Positions 41,735 to 42,103 of a stretch of 42,103 nucleotides of DNA are shown here, piece by piece. Within the stretch, counting starts at the first letter, position 1. Every line of letters begins with the position of its first letter. The notes beneath the pieces are model-generated. The model was not told the DNA's origin and searched no databases. It was given only the letters and a program-made list of their open reading frames with translations. The position numbers were made by a program, and so were the translations under genes. The DNA is from a virus (lineage: Duplodnaviria; Caudoviricetes), in the IMG/VR virus record IMGVR_UViG_3300045410_000017, positions 1-42,103 of that record; one strand, written 5' to 3'.

Positions 41735-42103
41735 GCATCCTCCAGATCCAGCGCAAGCACGCCGAGCTGTTCCGCATCCGGCTCGGCCAGAAGAACGGCT
41801 CGGCGCCCTCCCGCCTCGTCAACGAGATCCGGGTGACCTCCCCGAACCGCAAGGTCGTGGACGCCTTCGCCGCCGTGTACGGTGGGCGGGCCAAGAAGTG
41901 GACGGACGGCCCCGGCGGCGGCCAGCACGAGGTGTTCCTGCCCGTGTCCCGCCTGCCCATCACGTTCATCGGCGGCCAGACCCTCACCCAGCATATGGAG
42001 ATGTGGGGCGGGAGTGTGTGCAAGAGGCGCTGCGACAGCGTGACCATGAGCGACGGGAAGCCGTGCGCCTGTGGGGCCGACAAGCCCATCGAGGAGCGGG
42101 ACT
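41731..42103 (+). CDS. phiC31 gp3-like protein, 5' part (continues at 2..583)
   Basis: MSILQIQRKHAELFRIRLGQK... in frame with the ORF at the window start. Confidence 0.75.
   Translation, partial: MSILQIQRKHAELFRIRLGQKNGSAPSRLVNEIRVTSPNRKVVDAFAAVYGGRAKKWTDGPGGGQHEVFLPVSRLPITFIGGQTLTQHMEMWGGSVCKRRCDSVTMSDGKPCACGADKPIEERD
41832..42103. repeat. Terminal direct repeat, right copy
   Basis: 268 of 272 bases identical to 1-272. Confidence 0.95.

Noticed and set aside
41832-42103. DGR template/variable repeat (three of four differences are A in this copy)
   Set aside because: No reverse transcriptase, one difference is not at A, and the copies are the contig ends within one gene.

Overview
The window looks like a complete, circularly assembled, high-GC tailed-phage genome of about 41.8 kb. 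Bases 1-272 recur at 41832-42103 with 4 mismatches. The host is probably an actinobacterium (inferred from leaderless TANACT promoters, an LPXTG-type protein and actinophage-type small proteins). A minus-strand virion arm (23890 to 4944) has podovirus-like order: decoration/fibre proteins, TerL, portal, scaffold, capsid, adaptor, nozzle, tail proteins and putative ejection proteins, with no tape measure. A plus-strand arm (24137 to the end, continuing through 1-4913) carries an early cluster (SAM-lyase-like first gene, glycosylase-like protein, micro-ORFs), ParB-like protein, D5/SF3 helicase, TerS-like protein, amidase, family A polymerase, PD-(D/E)XK exonuclease, phiC31 gp3-like protein, SSB-like protein, holin-like cluster, DnaQ-like exonuclease and a sortase-type surface protein. 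I found no integrase, RNA polymerase, reverse transcriptase, tRNA or CRISPR array. Main leads: (1) a roughly 280-nt structured ncRNA candidate with its own promoter, next to a 19-aa hydrophobic peptide; (2) six free-standing HNH/endonuclease VII genes plus a relic of a seventh, with AT-shifted patches in core genes; (3) a SAM lyase candidate hidden in the ORF track; (4) repeated tandem-GA hairpins at early gene junctions; (5) an integrase-less gp3-like protein and an apparently missing primase catalytic domain. All family assignments come from motif recognition by eye; no searches were run.
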